Source: Octopus sinensis
Lineage: Eukaryota
Assembly: GCF_006345805.1 (NCBI RefSeq)
Contig: NC_043016.1
Span: 310,001-374,000 of the forward strand
Reading direction: 5' to 3'
Length of the DNA: 64,000 nucleotides
The notes under the pieces are model-generated. The model ran no database searches. It was not told where the DNA came from and saw only the letters and a list, made by a program, of their open reading frames with translations. Shown piece by piece: positions 51,991 through 63,500 of this stretch. The translations under genes were made by a program, and so were the position numbers. Numbering within the stretch: position 1 is the first letter of the stretch; each line of letters starts with the position of its first letter.

Positions 51991-53038
51991 TTTCTTTATA
52001 TGTGTGTGTATTTTTGTGAATAAGAAAGTTTCAATTTATGTCTGAATGGTGTCCTTCCTAACGCCAACCACTTTAGAGAGTGTACTAAGTGCTTTTTACA
52101 TGGCACCAGCATCAATAATAAGGTCACTAAGTAACTTGCAAGACAAAAACTTCTCAAATGAAGGGGCAAGTAGTGTTGAGGGAGGTGACTTTGATGTCAG
52201 GGGACGAGAGTATGAATAGCGGGATAGAAATAGGTGTCTTGTCATAAAGGAGATACACGGCTATCTGGCTATCTGCTATCTTGGATGGAGAGAGAAAGAG
52301 AGAGAGGAAAGAAGGAAGAGAGAGCTAGCTGTAAAAAAAAGAAACAGAATGGTAGGGGTTTGTATGCCTTTGATCTACTAAATCAGAAATGAATGAAGGC
52401 TACACTACAACAGCAGCTCATTACATCACATGGAGTGAAGATATTCAACAATTCTTCATTATTCTGTTATTAAATTCATGACCTGCTAATTATAATTGTC
52501 CTAGATTTCTTAAACATTATCTTACTCTGTTGTTTTTTTTTTTATATTTTATTTATTTATTTATTTTTTTTTTTTAATATCCTGTTACAGTATGCCTGCA
52601 TGATAATTTGACTATCAAATTATTACTTGTTTCTAGCTCAGATCTTTTTAACCCTTTTCACTTTTCTCTTTCTGTGGTTGTAAGCCCACCATACTGTTAC
52701 CTTGGCTACCATCAAACTTACCCACCCTTACCTCTCTTCCTTTCGTCTTCATTAACTCATTACTCATTAGTAAAAGTATTAGTTGCCAAATGACACTGAT
52801 AAAGAATCATTCCCCGCCACCTTTGCTTCTGGACTGTAATTTTCCTAACCATATTTTCCCTGGCATGGACACGTAGTAAGATGTTTACTTCCCAACCACA
52901 TCGTTCTGGGTTCAATTCACTGTGTGGCATCATGGACAAATATCTTCTACTATACTCAGTCCAACCAAAGCCTTTTGAGTGAATTTGTAGACAGAAACTG
53001 AAAGAAGCCCATAAAGTGTGTGTACAGCACCAGCAGCA

Positions 53039-53420
53039 GGAGGCGCAATGGCCCAGTGGTTAGGGCAGCAGACTCACGGTCGGAGGATCGCGGTTTCGAT
53101 TCCCAGACCAGGTGTTGTGTGTTTATTGAGCAAAAACACCTAAAGCTCTACAACGCTCCAGCAGTGGGTGGTGGCGACCCCTGTTGTACTCTTTCACCCC
53201 AACCTTCTCTCACTCTTTCTTCCTGTTTCTTGTCCCAGACTTCCTATGCAAACGCTGAGCCTGGGTGCACATTCATCCATCCATCGATGCTCTCAGTGTC
53301 AGGGGTTGACCTGCTTTCTCTTCTGCAGGTCTTACGAATAGCAAAGGACCACGTTTTGGACTTCTCCCATCTTGCGAGCTCTGGGACGAAGACCATTCGT
53401 TCAACAGTAACAGCAACAGC
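53039..53420 (+). mobile_element. SINE with a family-D head and a different 3' half
   Basis: Follows family D up to ctcactctttctt (~53222), then unrelated sequence ending in (caacag)-like repeats. Confidence 0.7.
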
Positions 53421-53531
53421 ACCAGCAGCAGTGAGGTTACTGAGTAACTTGCAATATAAGTCCCCTCAATAGAATTGAAAGAGGTGGCTTTGTGCCATGT
53501 GACAAAAAGTAAGAATAGAGTAAGAAGAAGT

Positions 53532-53919
53532 GGCGAGCTGGCAGAAACGTTAGCACACTGGGCAAAATGCTTTGCGGTATTTCGTCCGCCACTATGTTCT
53601 GAGTTCAAATTCCGCTCAGGTCGACTTTGCCTTTCATCCTTTCGGGGTCGATTAAATAAGTACCAGTTATGCACTGGGACAGACAGACAGACATAATCCG
53701 TCTGTCTGTCCTTGTTTGTCGTGTAGTAAAGAAATAGGTATTTTGTCTGTCTCTACGTTCTGAGTTCAAATTCTGCCGAGGTTGACTTTGCCTTTCATCC
53801 TTTCGGGGTTGATAAATTAAGGACCAGTTATGCACTGGGGTCAATGTAATCGTCTTAATCCCTTTGTCTGTCCTTGTTTGTCCCCTCTATGTTTAGCCCC
53901 TTGTGGGTAATAAAGATAT
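53532..53919 (+). mobile_element. SINE family A tandem dimer
   Basis: Junction gaaata|ggtattttgtctg at 53736/53737; flanks share aaaaagtaagaat. Confidence 0.85.
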
Positions 53920-54114
53920 AAAAAGTAAGAATGGAGGGAGAAAAATAGATGTCTTGCAGTAGATGAGATACATAACTACCTCAATTAGGAAGATTATATT
54001 TGATATACACACATATATATAATTGGATTCTCATCATCATTTAACATTCTCCTTCCATGCTGGCATCAATTGGGTAGTTTGACAGGAGGTGGTGAGCCAG
54101 AGGACTGGGTCATA

Positions 54115-54334
54115 GGTGACCGGTAATAAATCACAGTAATAAAGTCACAATCTTGGCTAGGAAAAAAAGTCAGAATTAATTTATGGTGGCCTGTAATAAA
54201 GTCATGGGAAAAAAACTCAAAATTAATTTATAGGATCCAGATAAAACCGCCCCCCCAGACAAAACCCATGTGATTTTTTTACCTGTAACTTTTTTACCTG
54301 TGACTTTTTTACCTGTGTCTTTTTTACCTGGATT
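54115..54334 (+). mobile_element. MITE-like element with subterminal aaagtcac/gtgacttt repeats
   Basis: Homologous, in reverse orientation, to 60676-60854; interrupts a family-C element. Confidence 0.6.
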
Positions 54335-54944
54335 TGGTGAACTAGAGGACTGTGTCAAGCGCTACTGTATGCTTTGGCATGGTTTCTATAGCTGAATGCT
54401 CTTCTTATTGCCAACCACTTTACCAAGTGTATTGAGTACATTTTTGTGCCACCTCATATACTAAGGTCACCACCTGCACTATTTGGGCTTATCAACAACA
54501 ACAACAATTATATCTTTATCCCATCAATTATACAAACTTTCATTTGAGCAAACATGTGTATAGGCCAAGAATACAGCTGATATTTGTTTTGAACAACTAG
54601 TAAATGCAAGATTACAGTGCTTCTCTTTTGCTGTGGTGGAAGCAGGAATGGTAGACTGGGAAAGATGAGCTCATGTGGAAAAAAAAAAAAAATAGAAAAC
54701 AGATTCTTGGAAAACTAATGTCAGTCTGCAGAGGCTGAAATTTATTTCTTAAATTTCACAAATCTAAATAATTTTGTATGCTATTTGGGTGAGGAAAGTA
54801 CTTACTGCTGTTTGGAATGAAGTTAATACTTAACCACACAGACATACCTGTGGCACTTTGTATGTGTAAATATGCACAAAAATGTCTATATTTACATATA
54901 CGCACACATACACACTCATACACACATTCACACACATATATTCT

Positions 54945-55110
54945 CTTTTACTCTTTTACTTGTTTCAGTCGTTTGACTGCAGCCATGCTGGAGCACCGCC
55001 TTTAGTCGAGCAAATCGACCCCAGGACTTATTCTTTGTAAGCCTAGTACTTATTCTATCGGCCTTATTTGCCAAACCGCTAAGTTACGGGGACGTAAACA
55101 CACCACCATC
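54945..55110 (-). mobile_element. SINE family B 3' half, followed by a family-A fragment (55125-55260, minus)
   Basis: Reverse complement of the family-B tail region. Confidence 0.85.
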
Positions 55111-55575
55111 AGTGGTCAAGCAATGTAGGTACTTATTTAATCGACCCCGAAAGCATGAAAGGCAAAGTCGACCTCGGCTGAATTTGAACTCAGAATGTAG
55201 CAGCAGACGAAATACGGCTACGCATTTCACCCCGGTGTGCTAAAGGTTCTGCCAGCTTGCCAATCCATACCAACATGAAAAATGGATGTTAAATGGTGAT
55301 AATAATCCAATTATATAAATAGATATGTAATATAATCTTTCCAACATGGGTAACCGTGTATCGCCTCTATGACAATACTCTTATTCCTGTTACCCTTTTC
55401 ATACACATCACTTGGCACAATGCTGCCTCCCTCAATACTACTCACCCCACTTGTTTGAGGGTGGGGTCTAGTCTTGCATGTTACTTAGTTACCTGATTAA
55501 CCCTTTAACAAGTCTGGCGTAGCATGGTAAATTCCATTGTCTCAACCACAGTCGAACAATGATGATGATGATTCA

Positions 55576-56202
55576 CATTTAAACCGGCCATATCCGGCCC
55601 AAATGGGTACCTGTTTTATGTTCAAACTGGCCAGATCCGGTCTCTCCCACCTACCCTATAATGTCATTCTAAAATTAAATGATTACATCTTCAAGATCTT
55701 GAAGCTACAAGATAATACGTGATTAATTTTTAAAGATATGGATACATAGGCGCAGAAGTGGCTGTGTGGTAAGTAGCTTGTCTACCAACCACATGGTTCT
55801 GGGTTCAGTCCCACTGTGTGGCACCCTGGGCAAGTGTCTTCTACTATAGCCTCGGGCTGACTAAAGCCTTGTGAGTGGATTTGGTAGACGGAAACTGAAA
55901 GAAGCCTGTTGTATATATGTATATATGTATATATATATGTGTGTGTTTGTGTGTCTGTGTTTGTCCCCCTAGCATTACTTGAGAACCGATGCTGGTGTGT
56001 TTATGCCCCCGTTACTTAGCGGTTCGGCAAAAGAGACCGATAGAATAAGTACTGGGCTTACAAAAGAATAAGTCCCGGGGTCAAGTTGCTCGATTAAAGG
56101 TGGTGCTCCAGCATGGCCGCAGTCAAATGACTGAAACAAGTAAAAGAGTAAAAGAGTAAGAGTAAACATTACTTTTAATAAGTTAATCTGAATGCTAAAG
56201 GG
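55576..56202. mobile_element. Same MITE family in reverse orientation, split by a family-B SINE
   Basis: 55576-55745 and 56166-56202 are collinear with the reverse complement of 59506-59721; ends ctaaaggg|ttaa. Confidence 0.7.
55749..56165 (+). mobile_element. SINE family B inserted in a TTAA MITE
   Basis: Full length and little diverged. Confidence 0.9.
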
Positions 56203-56786
56203 TTAATGCCACTGCCACATAAAAAGCACCCAATGCACTCTGTAGAGTGGTTGGCCTTGGGAAGGATATCTAACCATAGAAATCATGCTAAAGCAGATAC
56301 TTGAGCTTGACTCAGTTGTCTGACTTAAACCAACATAGGGAATGAATGTTAATTAATGATGATGACAACAATGACAACAACAATTAGAGAAGCAAATTTG
56401 TGTCTCATCAAATCAACAGCAAAATCTTCTCAGTGCTACATTTATATGACCCTTATAAACAAACACATCACAACCAATCACCAATAGTAAAGGAAGCACT
56501 TGGAAACATTTTTGTATTTTATAGTCGTGAATAAGATTACTCTGCTGTAATGAAGGCTAAGTAAAGAGGTTGGTAAATACTTGACTGAACAAGAGATCAA
56601 AGGTTAACAACTGATTAGGGGGTGGTAGGGGGCGATAAGCAACAACAAAAAAAAACGTTCTTTTACATCTTTTATCTCTTGTTTCAGTCATTGGACTACA
56701 GCCATGCTGGGGCACCAGACTGAAGGCTTTTAGAAGAATGAATTGACCCCAGTACTTATTTTTTTTTAAAGCCTAATACTTATTCT

Positions 56787-57004
56787 TATTTCTTTACTAC
56801 CCACAAGGTGCTAAACACACAGAGGACAGACAAACAGATTAAGTCGATTATATCGACCCCAGTGCGTAACTGGTACTTATTTAATCGATCCCGAAAGGAT
56901 GAAAGGCAAAGTCGACTTCTGCGGAATTTGAACTCAGAAAGTAGTGGCTGACAAAATACCACTAAGCATATTGCCCGGCATGCTAATGTTTCTGCCAGCT
57001 CGCC
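56787..57004 (-). mobile_element. SINE family A inserted in a family-B SINE
   Basis: 13-bp TSD taatacttattct (56774-56786, 57005-57017). Confidence 0.9.
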
Positions 57005-57282
57005 TAATACTTATTCTATCAGTTACTTTTGCCAAACTGCTAAGTTATGGGTGCATAAACAAACCAACTCTGATTGTCAAGCAGTGGTATGGGATACAGC
57101 AACAACATAAACACAAAGATACACTCACACAAATACTTGTATACACACACATATACACACGCACATGTGTAGTGGCTTCTTTCAGTTTCTGTCTTCCAAA
57201 TCCCCTCACATGCACTCACTGGGCTTTGGTCAGAAGACATTTGCCCAATGTGTCACTGAATCAGAAACATGGACTAAACCTA

Positions 57283-57441
57283 GGAGTGGCTGTGTGGTAA
57301 GTAGCTTGCTTACCAACCACATGGTTCCGGGTTCAGTCCCACTGTGTGGCACTTTGGGCAAGTGTCTTCTACTATAGCCTCGGGCCTACCAAAACCTTGT
57401 GAGTGGACTTGGTAGACGGAAACTGAAAGAAGCTCATCGTA

Positions 57442-57508
<67 letters not shown>

Positions 57509-57725
57509 GTATATATATGTTTGTGTGTCTGTGTTTGTTCCCCCTCCCCCCACATCGCTTGACAACCGATGCTGGTGTGTTTGCTTCTTTGCAACTTAGC
57601 AGTTCGGCAAGAGAGACTGATAGAATAAGTACTGGAGTTGAATAAGTCCTGGGGTCGATTTGCTCAACTACAGGCAGTGCTCATTCATGGCTGCAGTCAA
57701 ATGACTGAAACAAATAAAAGAATAG
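57283..57725 (+). mobile_element. SINE family B
   Basis: Full length with an expanded (TA)n core. Confidence 0.88.
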
Positions 57726-57799
57726 AAAAATATGTATATACCATTGATGATGATCATAATAATGATGTGTGTGCATGTGTACACACACACATACACACG

Positions 57800-58898
57800 C
57801 AAGATGTATTCCAGAAATTCTGAAACTTTTTCAGAAGAGATTTCTTAATTTCAAAGAATAGAATACAAAACTCTAATCTCTTTCGAAGTAAGAGCCTCTG
57901 TCTTCAATGCACATGTTGAAGTAATTCAGCCATTTCATCAGGACCTTATAGAGGTCCTCCGAAGTGAAGGTGTCCAGGACCCTTGTCACAGCTTCCTTCA
58001 TCTTCTTCAACTTTGGAAGCAACCAAAAGTCACACAGAAAGCAAGGTTTGGACTATAGGGTGAGTGAGTGACAGTTTTGATGTCCATTTCTGTCAAATTG
58101 TTGGTTACCAGGATGGATTTATGGACTGGTCCATTATCCTAGAACATGTGCTCTGACCTTTTGCAATGAAATCTTTTCATGAACTTCCTTAAAACCCTCA
58201 AAAGGTACTTTTTGTTGACAATCTGGCCAGAAGGAATCCTTTGGATGTAGATGATGTCCTTGCTGTTGAAAAACAGGATCACCATGAACTTCATGGTAGA
58301 CTTAATTTGCGGTGAGCTGGCAGAATCGTTAGCACGCTGGGTGAAATGCTCAGCGGTATTTCGTCTGTCGTTACGTTCTGAGTTCAAATTCCGCCGAGGT
58401 TGACTTTGCCTTTCATCCTTTCGGGTCGATTAAATAAGTACCAGTTATGCACTGGTGTCGATATAATCGACTTAATCCGTTTGTCTGCCCTTGTTTGTCC
58501 CCTCTGTGTTTAGCTCCTTGTGGGTAGTAAAGAAATAGGTAGACTTAATTTGCTTGGCCGCTTGTGCCAGCAAAAACAGATGTTCAGCTGACACAAGTTA
58601 ATCCATAAGCAATCTGGATCATTCAATAAGTTTTTCAGAAGCATTATTGCCCAGTATCACACAAAACTTTATTGCATAATGAGCTTCCAAATGTCCCAAT
58701 TGCATTCAGCGTATTAACTGTGACAAGCAATGATTAGAAGGGTGTGTTCAAAGTTATAGCCATCTCCTTCAGTCTGAGTAACAACTGGAGGATCAACTCA
58801 TTAGATATATAATAATGATGTACTAAAATTACAATAATTTACAACAATTATAACTGCCTCTCCTAAAAAAAGTTTCAAACTTTCTGGAATGCATCTTG
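57800..58898 (-). mobile_element. Internally deleted mariner-like element with both TIRs, carrying a family-A SINE
   Basis: ~31-bp TIRs caagatgtattccagaaattctgaaactttt (57800) and its near reverse complement (ending 58898); transposase pieces homologous to 30466-31060. Confidence 0.85.
58311..58537 (+). mobile_element. SINE family A inserted in a mariner element
   Basis: 16-bp TSD ggtagacttaatttgc (58295-58310, 58538-58553). Confidence 0.92.
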
Positions 58899-58947
58899 TG
58901 TGTGTCTGTGTGTATTAATGGGTGTGTGTGTATTAATGTAGTAGGAT

Positions 58948-59174
58948 TTTCGTTGGACAACGAAAAACCTGGCTGTTGACAGTCAAGGCTGATCTGGAAC
59001 CCAACCTAGGCCCCCATATCTATGGCGTTTGCCGCTGGAATAAGGAGTGGTTGGAGATCATGCGGTTGTTAGCCTCAAATTGCCAGGCCTGGTCGGCGTT
59101 TGTGAGAGATGCAGCATTGAGGATGAATGAAGTCAGCTCAACCCACCCCGGGTGAATGCTGTAAGAAGAAGAAG
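58948..59174 (+). mobile_element. Short 5'-truncated RTE LINE insertion with (AAG)n tail
   Basis: GQRKTWLLTVKADLEP..WNKEWLE..AWSAFVRDA; perfect 13-bp TSD aatgtagtaggat (58935-58947, 59175-59187). Confidence 0.85.
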
Positions 59175-59294
59175 AATGTAGTAGGATCCAATCAATTGTG
59201 GTAAATAAAACAGTTTGTTAGTCTTTAGCATATGTAGACTAGTATTAAAAACAAGGATACTATAATAGATCAATAAACTTTAGTGATCTATGCA

Positions 59295-59490
59295 TCAAAT
59301 ATCTTTCTCCTCTCTCAAAATTATAAAGTAATCTTGATAAAATGATTCGGTTGGGTTTAGAAGTTCAAAGTGGATTAAACCTTTCATATCCCACCAAACA
59401 GATAACAGCACCTTTTGTGGGTGAAGACCTTCTTTAGCCTGGGGTGCCAGTGTTCCTGCAGTATTTGTCCATAGATAATATTTCATATGG
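59295..59490 (-). mobile_element. Mariner (Mos1/Hsmar-like) transposase fragment
   Basis: QAKEGLHPQKVLLSVWWDMKGLIHFELL. Confidence 0.8.
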
Positions 59491-59505
59491 AATTTCTATG
59501 TTTAA

Positions 59506-59721
59506 CCCTTTAGTGTTCAGATTACTCTGTTAAATGTAATATTTTTTTACTCAAATTGTTTTTAATTAATCATGCATTATCTTATAGCTTTGAGGTTTCA
59601 ATGATGTGATTGCTTATTTTTAGAATGTCAATGTAGATTAGGTGTGAGAAGCCAGATATCGCCAGTTTGAATATAAAACAGAATATTTGGGCTGGATATG
59701 GCCGGTTTAAACACTAAAGGG
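59506..59721. mobile_element. TTAA-flanked piggyBac-like MITE
   Basis: ttaa|ccctttagtgtt ... aacactaaaggg|ttaa. Confidence 0.85.
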
Positions 59722-60675
59722 TTAAAAGCAAAAATATATGAATTGTGTACGAGAAGTAGTTGCAGAGATAATAACTCTAGATGATTACCTCAGCTAAATT
59801 GCATTGCTTTTTGTGCAGCTTTACACTCTTTAGCTTCTTGGGTCATATCAGACTCAACACTGTACACCAGAGTACACAGTATAGATCACTATGCCACAAT
59901 GGACAATCCTGAGCAAAGTGTTCCCATGGAGACTGTTTTAAGCCACATGTTTTCAAGGTTGTTGTGAGCATGTCATTGTATCACTTCTTTGGTGCATTAC
60001 ATAACTGAGAACCAGCTCCTAGTTCACAAAAAAATTCATATGGGGAGTCTGGAGTTAGGCATGTATGTCACATATCCACCCCCCATCACAGCTGGAATTT
60101 GCTCCGTAAAGTATACAGCCATGACAGATTAGCTCTCTTGAGCACAGATGTATTAGGAGTTTTATCCCGTCTCCTAATGTTAAGAACTTTTCACAGGCAT
60201 GTCAGATGAATGTAGTTAAGTTTTTTTGTTTTTTTTGCATTTCTATTCACATACACTCACACACACACACACACAGATTAATGATTGTGTGTATTATGTC
60301 CAGTTATAGCAAAAATAGTTTTATATTAATCTGGTGGATTATGTCAGCAATCTGATGATGGCTCAGCTGGCATCTCCTTTTCGACTACTTCCCACTCATT
60401 TTTATATATAAAAAGGGTTAGCCATGTAACTCCTCATTTGCAAAACACCTGTGCTTGCCCCTGTGTCCTATTTTAGCTTCTCAACACCTACCATAAAGCT
60501 ACATTCCCCTCTCAAATACTCCCCACTTAGTTTTGGGAGCATATTTCCTATTTCATCACTATTCTTCTGTCTTACATGGTATATGGTGACCTCACTAGTG
60601 CTGGTGCTATTTACATAGCACCCAGCCCACTCTGTAAAGTGGTCAACATTAAGAAGGACATCCAATTTTAGAAAC

Positions 60676-60854
60676 TGAATCCAAGTACAAAAAGTTCTTG
60701 ATAATAAAGTCACAGGAAAAAAAATCACAAACGTTTTGTCGGTAGGAGTGGGGTGTCCAAAGGAGTTTCATCTCTGGAGGGTTTTGTCTGGATTCCATAA
60801 ATTGTGACTTTATCACTGTGACTTTTTTCCCTTGTGACTTTATTACCAGTCACC
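60676..60854 (-). mobile_element. Same MITE-like family, with 8-bp TSD
   Basis: ttagaaac duplicated at 60668-60675 and 60855-60862; interrupts a family-C element. Confidence 0.65.
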
Positions 60855-61027
60855 TTAGAAACCATGCCAAAGCAGAAACTGGTGAAGACTTTTGGCTTAC
60901 TAGTTCCTATCAAATCATCCAAACCATGGTTAGAAGGAAGGAGTATGTTAAATGGTTTATGCTGATGTTAACCCAGTTATACTCTATATATATCAAATAT
61001 AATGTTTTCAAATGGGGTAGCCATATA

Positions 61028-61260
61028 CCTATTTCTTTACTAACCACAAGGGGCTAAACACAGAAGGGACAAACAAGGGTGGACAAACTGATTAAGTCAA
61101 TTACATCGACCCCAGTGAGTAACTGGTACTTATTTAATCAACCCCGAAAGGATGAAAGGCAAAGTCGACCTTGGCGGAATTTGAACTTGGAACGTAGCGG
61201 CAGATGAAAGACTGCTAAACATTTCGCCCAGCCTACTAGGGTTTCTGCCAGCTCGCCGCC
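61028..61260 (-). mobile_element. SINE family A
   Basis: Full-length reverse copy. Confidence 0.85.
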
Positions 61261-61475
61261 TACTCTACTGCAAAACTCATATTTCTATCCCTCTGTTATA
61301 CTTTTTAACTTCTTTTCAGCTGGCTCGAAGCTACCTCTCTCAATCACACACTTCGACTCAGTTGAGAGATCTTTGTTTTGCGAGTTACTTGTTTACCTTA
61401 ATAGTGCTGGTGCTACATAAAACACACCCAGTACACTTTGTAAAGTGTTTGGCATTAGGAAGAGCATCCAGCTGT

Positions 61476-61904
61476 CATCATCATTGTTTGACCATGGTCG
61501 AGACAATGGAATTTACTATGCTATGCCAGACTTCACGGTCCATCATAGCATTACGGAGGTCCTGTTGCTGGATGCCTGTATCCCTGGAGATTACATCAGG
61601 GTAGGTGAGTGTATGCCCTCTGGTATCGCAAGTAGATGGCTTCCAGAGGAGAAGAGTATAAATTACCTCGTTTTCAGCTCTACAACAATGTCCAGCAAAC
61701 TGGACTCTCCTACCTTTTACAAAAGATGATACAGGTGGTAATTTCCCATATATTTGTACTTTGGTTGGATGACACTTCCACGAGAGATTTTGAGCTCTCA
61801 TGAGGAGGCGAGTGTAGGTTCCATCCAACCGCCTCTCAAGCGTCTTTGATAACGTCCAGGTTTCTGAGCCATATAGTAGAATTGGTTTGACTGTAGAAGT
61901 GGAA
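61476..61904 (-). mobile_element. 5'-truncated RTE-type LINE 3' end inside a family-C element
   Basis: KPILLYGSETWTLSKTLERRLDGTYTRLLMR... with (GAT)n tail; ccagctgt duplicated at 61468-61475 and 61905-61912. Confidence 0.9.
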
Positions 61905-62552
61905 CCAGCTGTAGAAGTCATGCCTAAGCAGATAGTAGAGCTTAGTGCAGTCTTCAGATTTGCCAACTCCTGCTGGCATGGAAAAATGGACGCTTGATAG
62001 TGATGGTGATAGTGGTGATGGTTGTTGTTGTTGTTGTTAACTGTACAGCCAAAGAGAATAAGAAATAAAAAAAAAGAAGTTTTTTAAAAGCACTCAAAAA
62101 GAAACTAGTTAAACCTGACTAAATGGTTTGTAGAAGCTGTATTGTGATGAAAGCCTTCAGATCTTTTTAAGAATGACTCTGCATAGCTTCAAGGTTATGA
62201 CTGCTGTTATTGCTTATGATCCTCTCTCTCTCTCTTTTTCTCTCTCTGTTACTTTTTTTCCTTGTTTCTTTGAAACGTATCTTTTCTTCTTTCATCTTTT
62301 CTTTCTTTCTTTAGTTCTCCATCTTTCTTCCCTTTCATCAGTTTTATTTATTTCTCTTTTATTTCTTCCTCTCTGTCTGTCTCCTTTTCTATTACTTTCC
62401 CCTTTTCTTTCACTTGTCTCTTCCCCACTTTCCTTTCTTCCTTTCATCATCCTTATTTTCTTCTGCTTTCATTAACTCATTTAATCCTTCATTTCCTTTT
62501 ATCCTGTGTTTTCCTTCTTTTTTTATTTATTCATTCTCTCTTTCACCCCACT

Positions 62553-62640
62553 CCTTCTTCTTCTTCTTCTTCTTCTTCTTCTTCTTCTTCTTCTTCTTCT
62601 TCTTCTCTTCTTCTTCTTCTTCTCTTCTTCTTCTTCTCCT
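62553..62640. repeat. (TTC)n microsatellite within a pyrimidine-rich tract
   Basis: Read directly. Confidence 0.95.
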
Positions 62641-63220
62641 CCTCTTTCTATTATCACTTATTGGGGCACCCATGTATCTACCCTACAACAAGACACCTAT
62701 CCTTGCACCTCTATACCTTTAATCTCTCTACTAGCACAGAACCACCCCAGTCTCAATATTACTTCCTAACTCCCAGCTGAGGAGTTTGGTCTTGCAAGTT
62801 TGCTTGGTGACCCTGCTGGTGTTAGTGCCATGTAAAAAGCATTTGTGATGGTGCCATGCAAAATGAACCCATTCCAGTGTCACACATAAAACACTCAGTA
62901 CACTCTTTAAAGGGGTTGGCATTGGGAAGGGTATCCAGTTGCAGGAACCATGCCAAAACACACACAATGGGGCCTGGAGCAGTTCTCTGGCTTACCAGCA
63001 CCTGTTAAACCATCCAACCCATAACAGCATGGAAAATATTGTTTAAGTGATGATGATGATGATGGTGATGGTGATGGTGGTGGTGGTGGTGGTGGTGGTG
63101 GGAATGATTTTACTCTTTGTCTTAAACCTTTCTCTTCATCACATTTCTCCCCCCCCCTTTTATTCCTGTACCCCACTTTCCCTTTCTCAAATTCTTTCTT
63201 AGTGTCAACTTCTCCTTTCA

Positions 63221-63500
63221 TCATCATCATCATCATCGTTTAACGTCTGTTTTCCACGCTAGCATGGGTTGGACAGTTCGACCAGGATCTGGGAAGCCAG
63301 GAGGCTGCGCCAGGCTCCAGTCTGATCTGGCAGTGTTTCTACAGCTGGATTCCATGAGTGTAGCGGGTGCTTTTTACATGCCACCAGCACAGGTGCCAGG
63401 GGAGGCTGGCAATGGCCATGATCGGTTGGTGCTTTTTACATGCCACCGGCACTGAAGCCAGTCAGGTGGCGCTGGCATTGGCCCCGTTTGGATGGTGCTT
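63221..63500 (-). mobile_element. Family C retroposon
   Basis: Tail and core as above. Confidence 0.85.

Noticed and set aside
53039-53110. tRNA-like sequence with A and B boxes
   Set aside because: It is a SINE head repeated across the window and continuing into a SINE body; no complete cloverleaf.
54280-54334. Regularly spaced short direct repeats, superficially CRISPR-like
   Set aside because: Units are contiguous with no unique spacers, lie in a eukaryotic MITE and have no cas genes.
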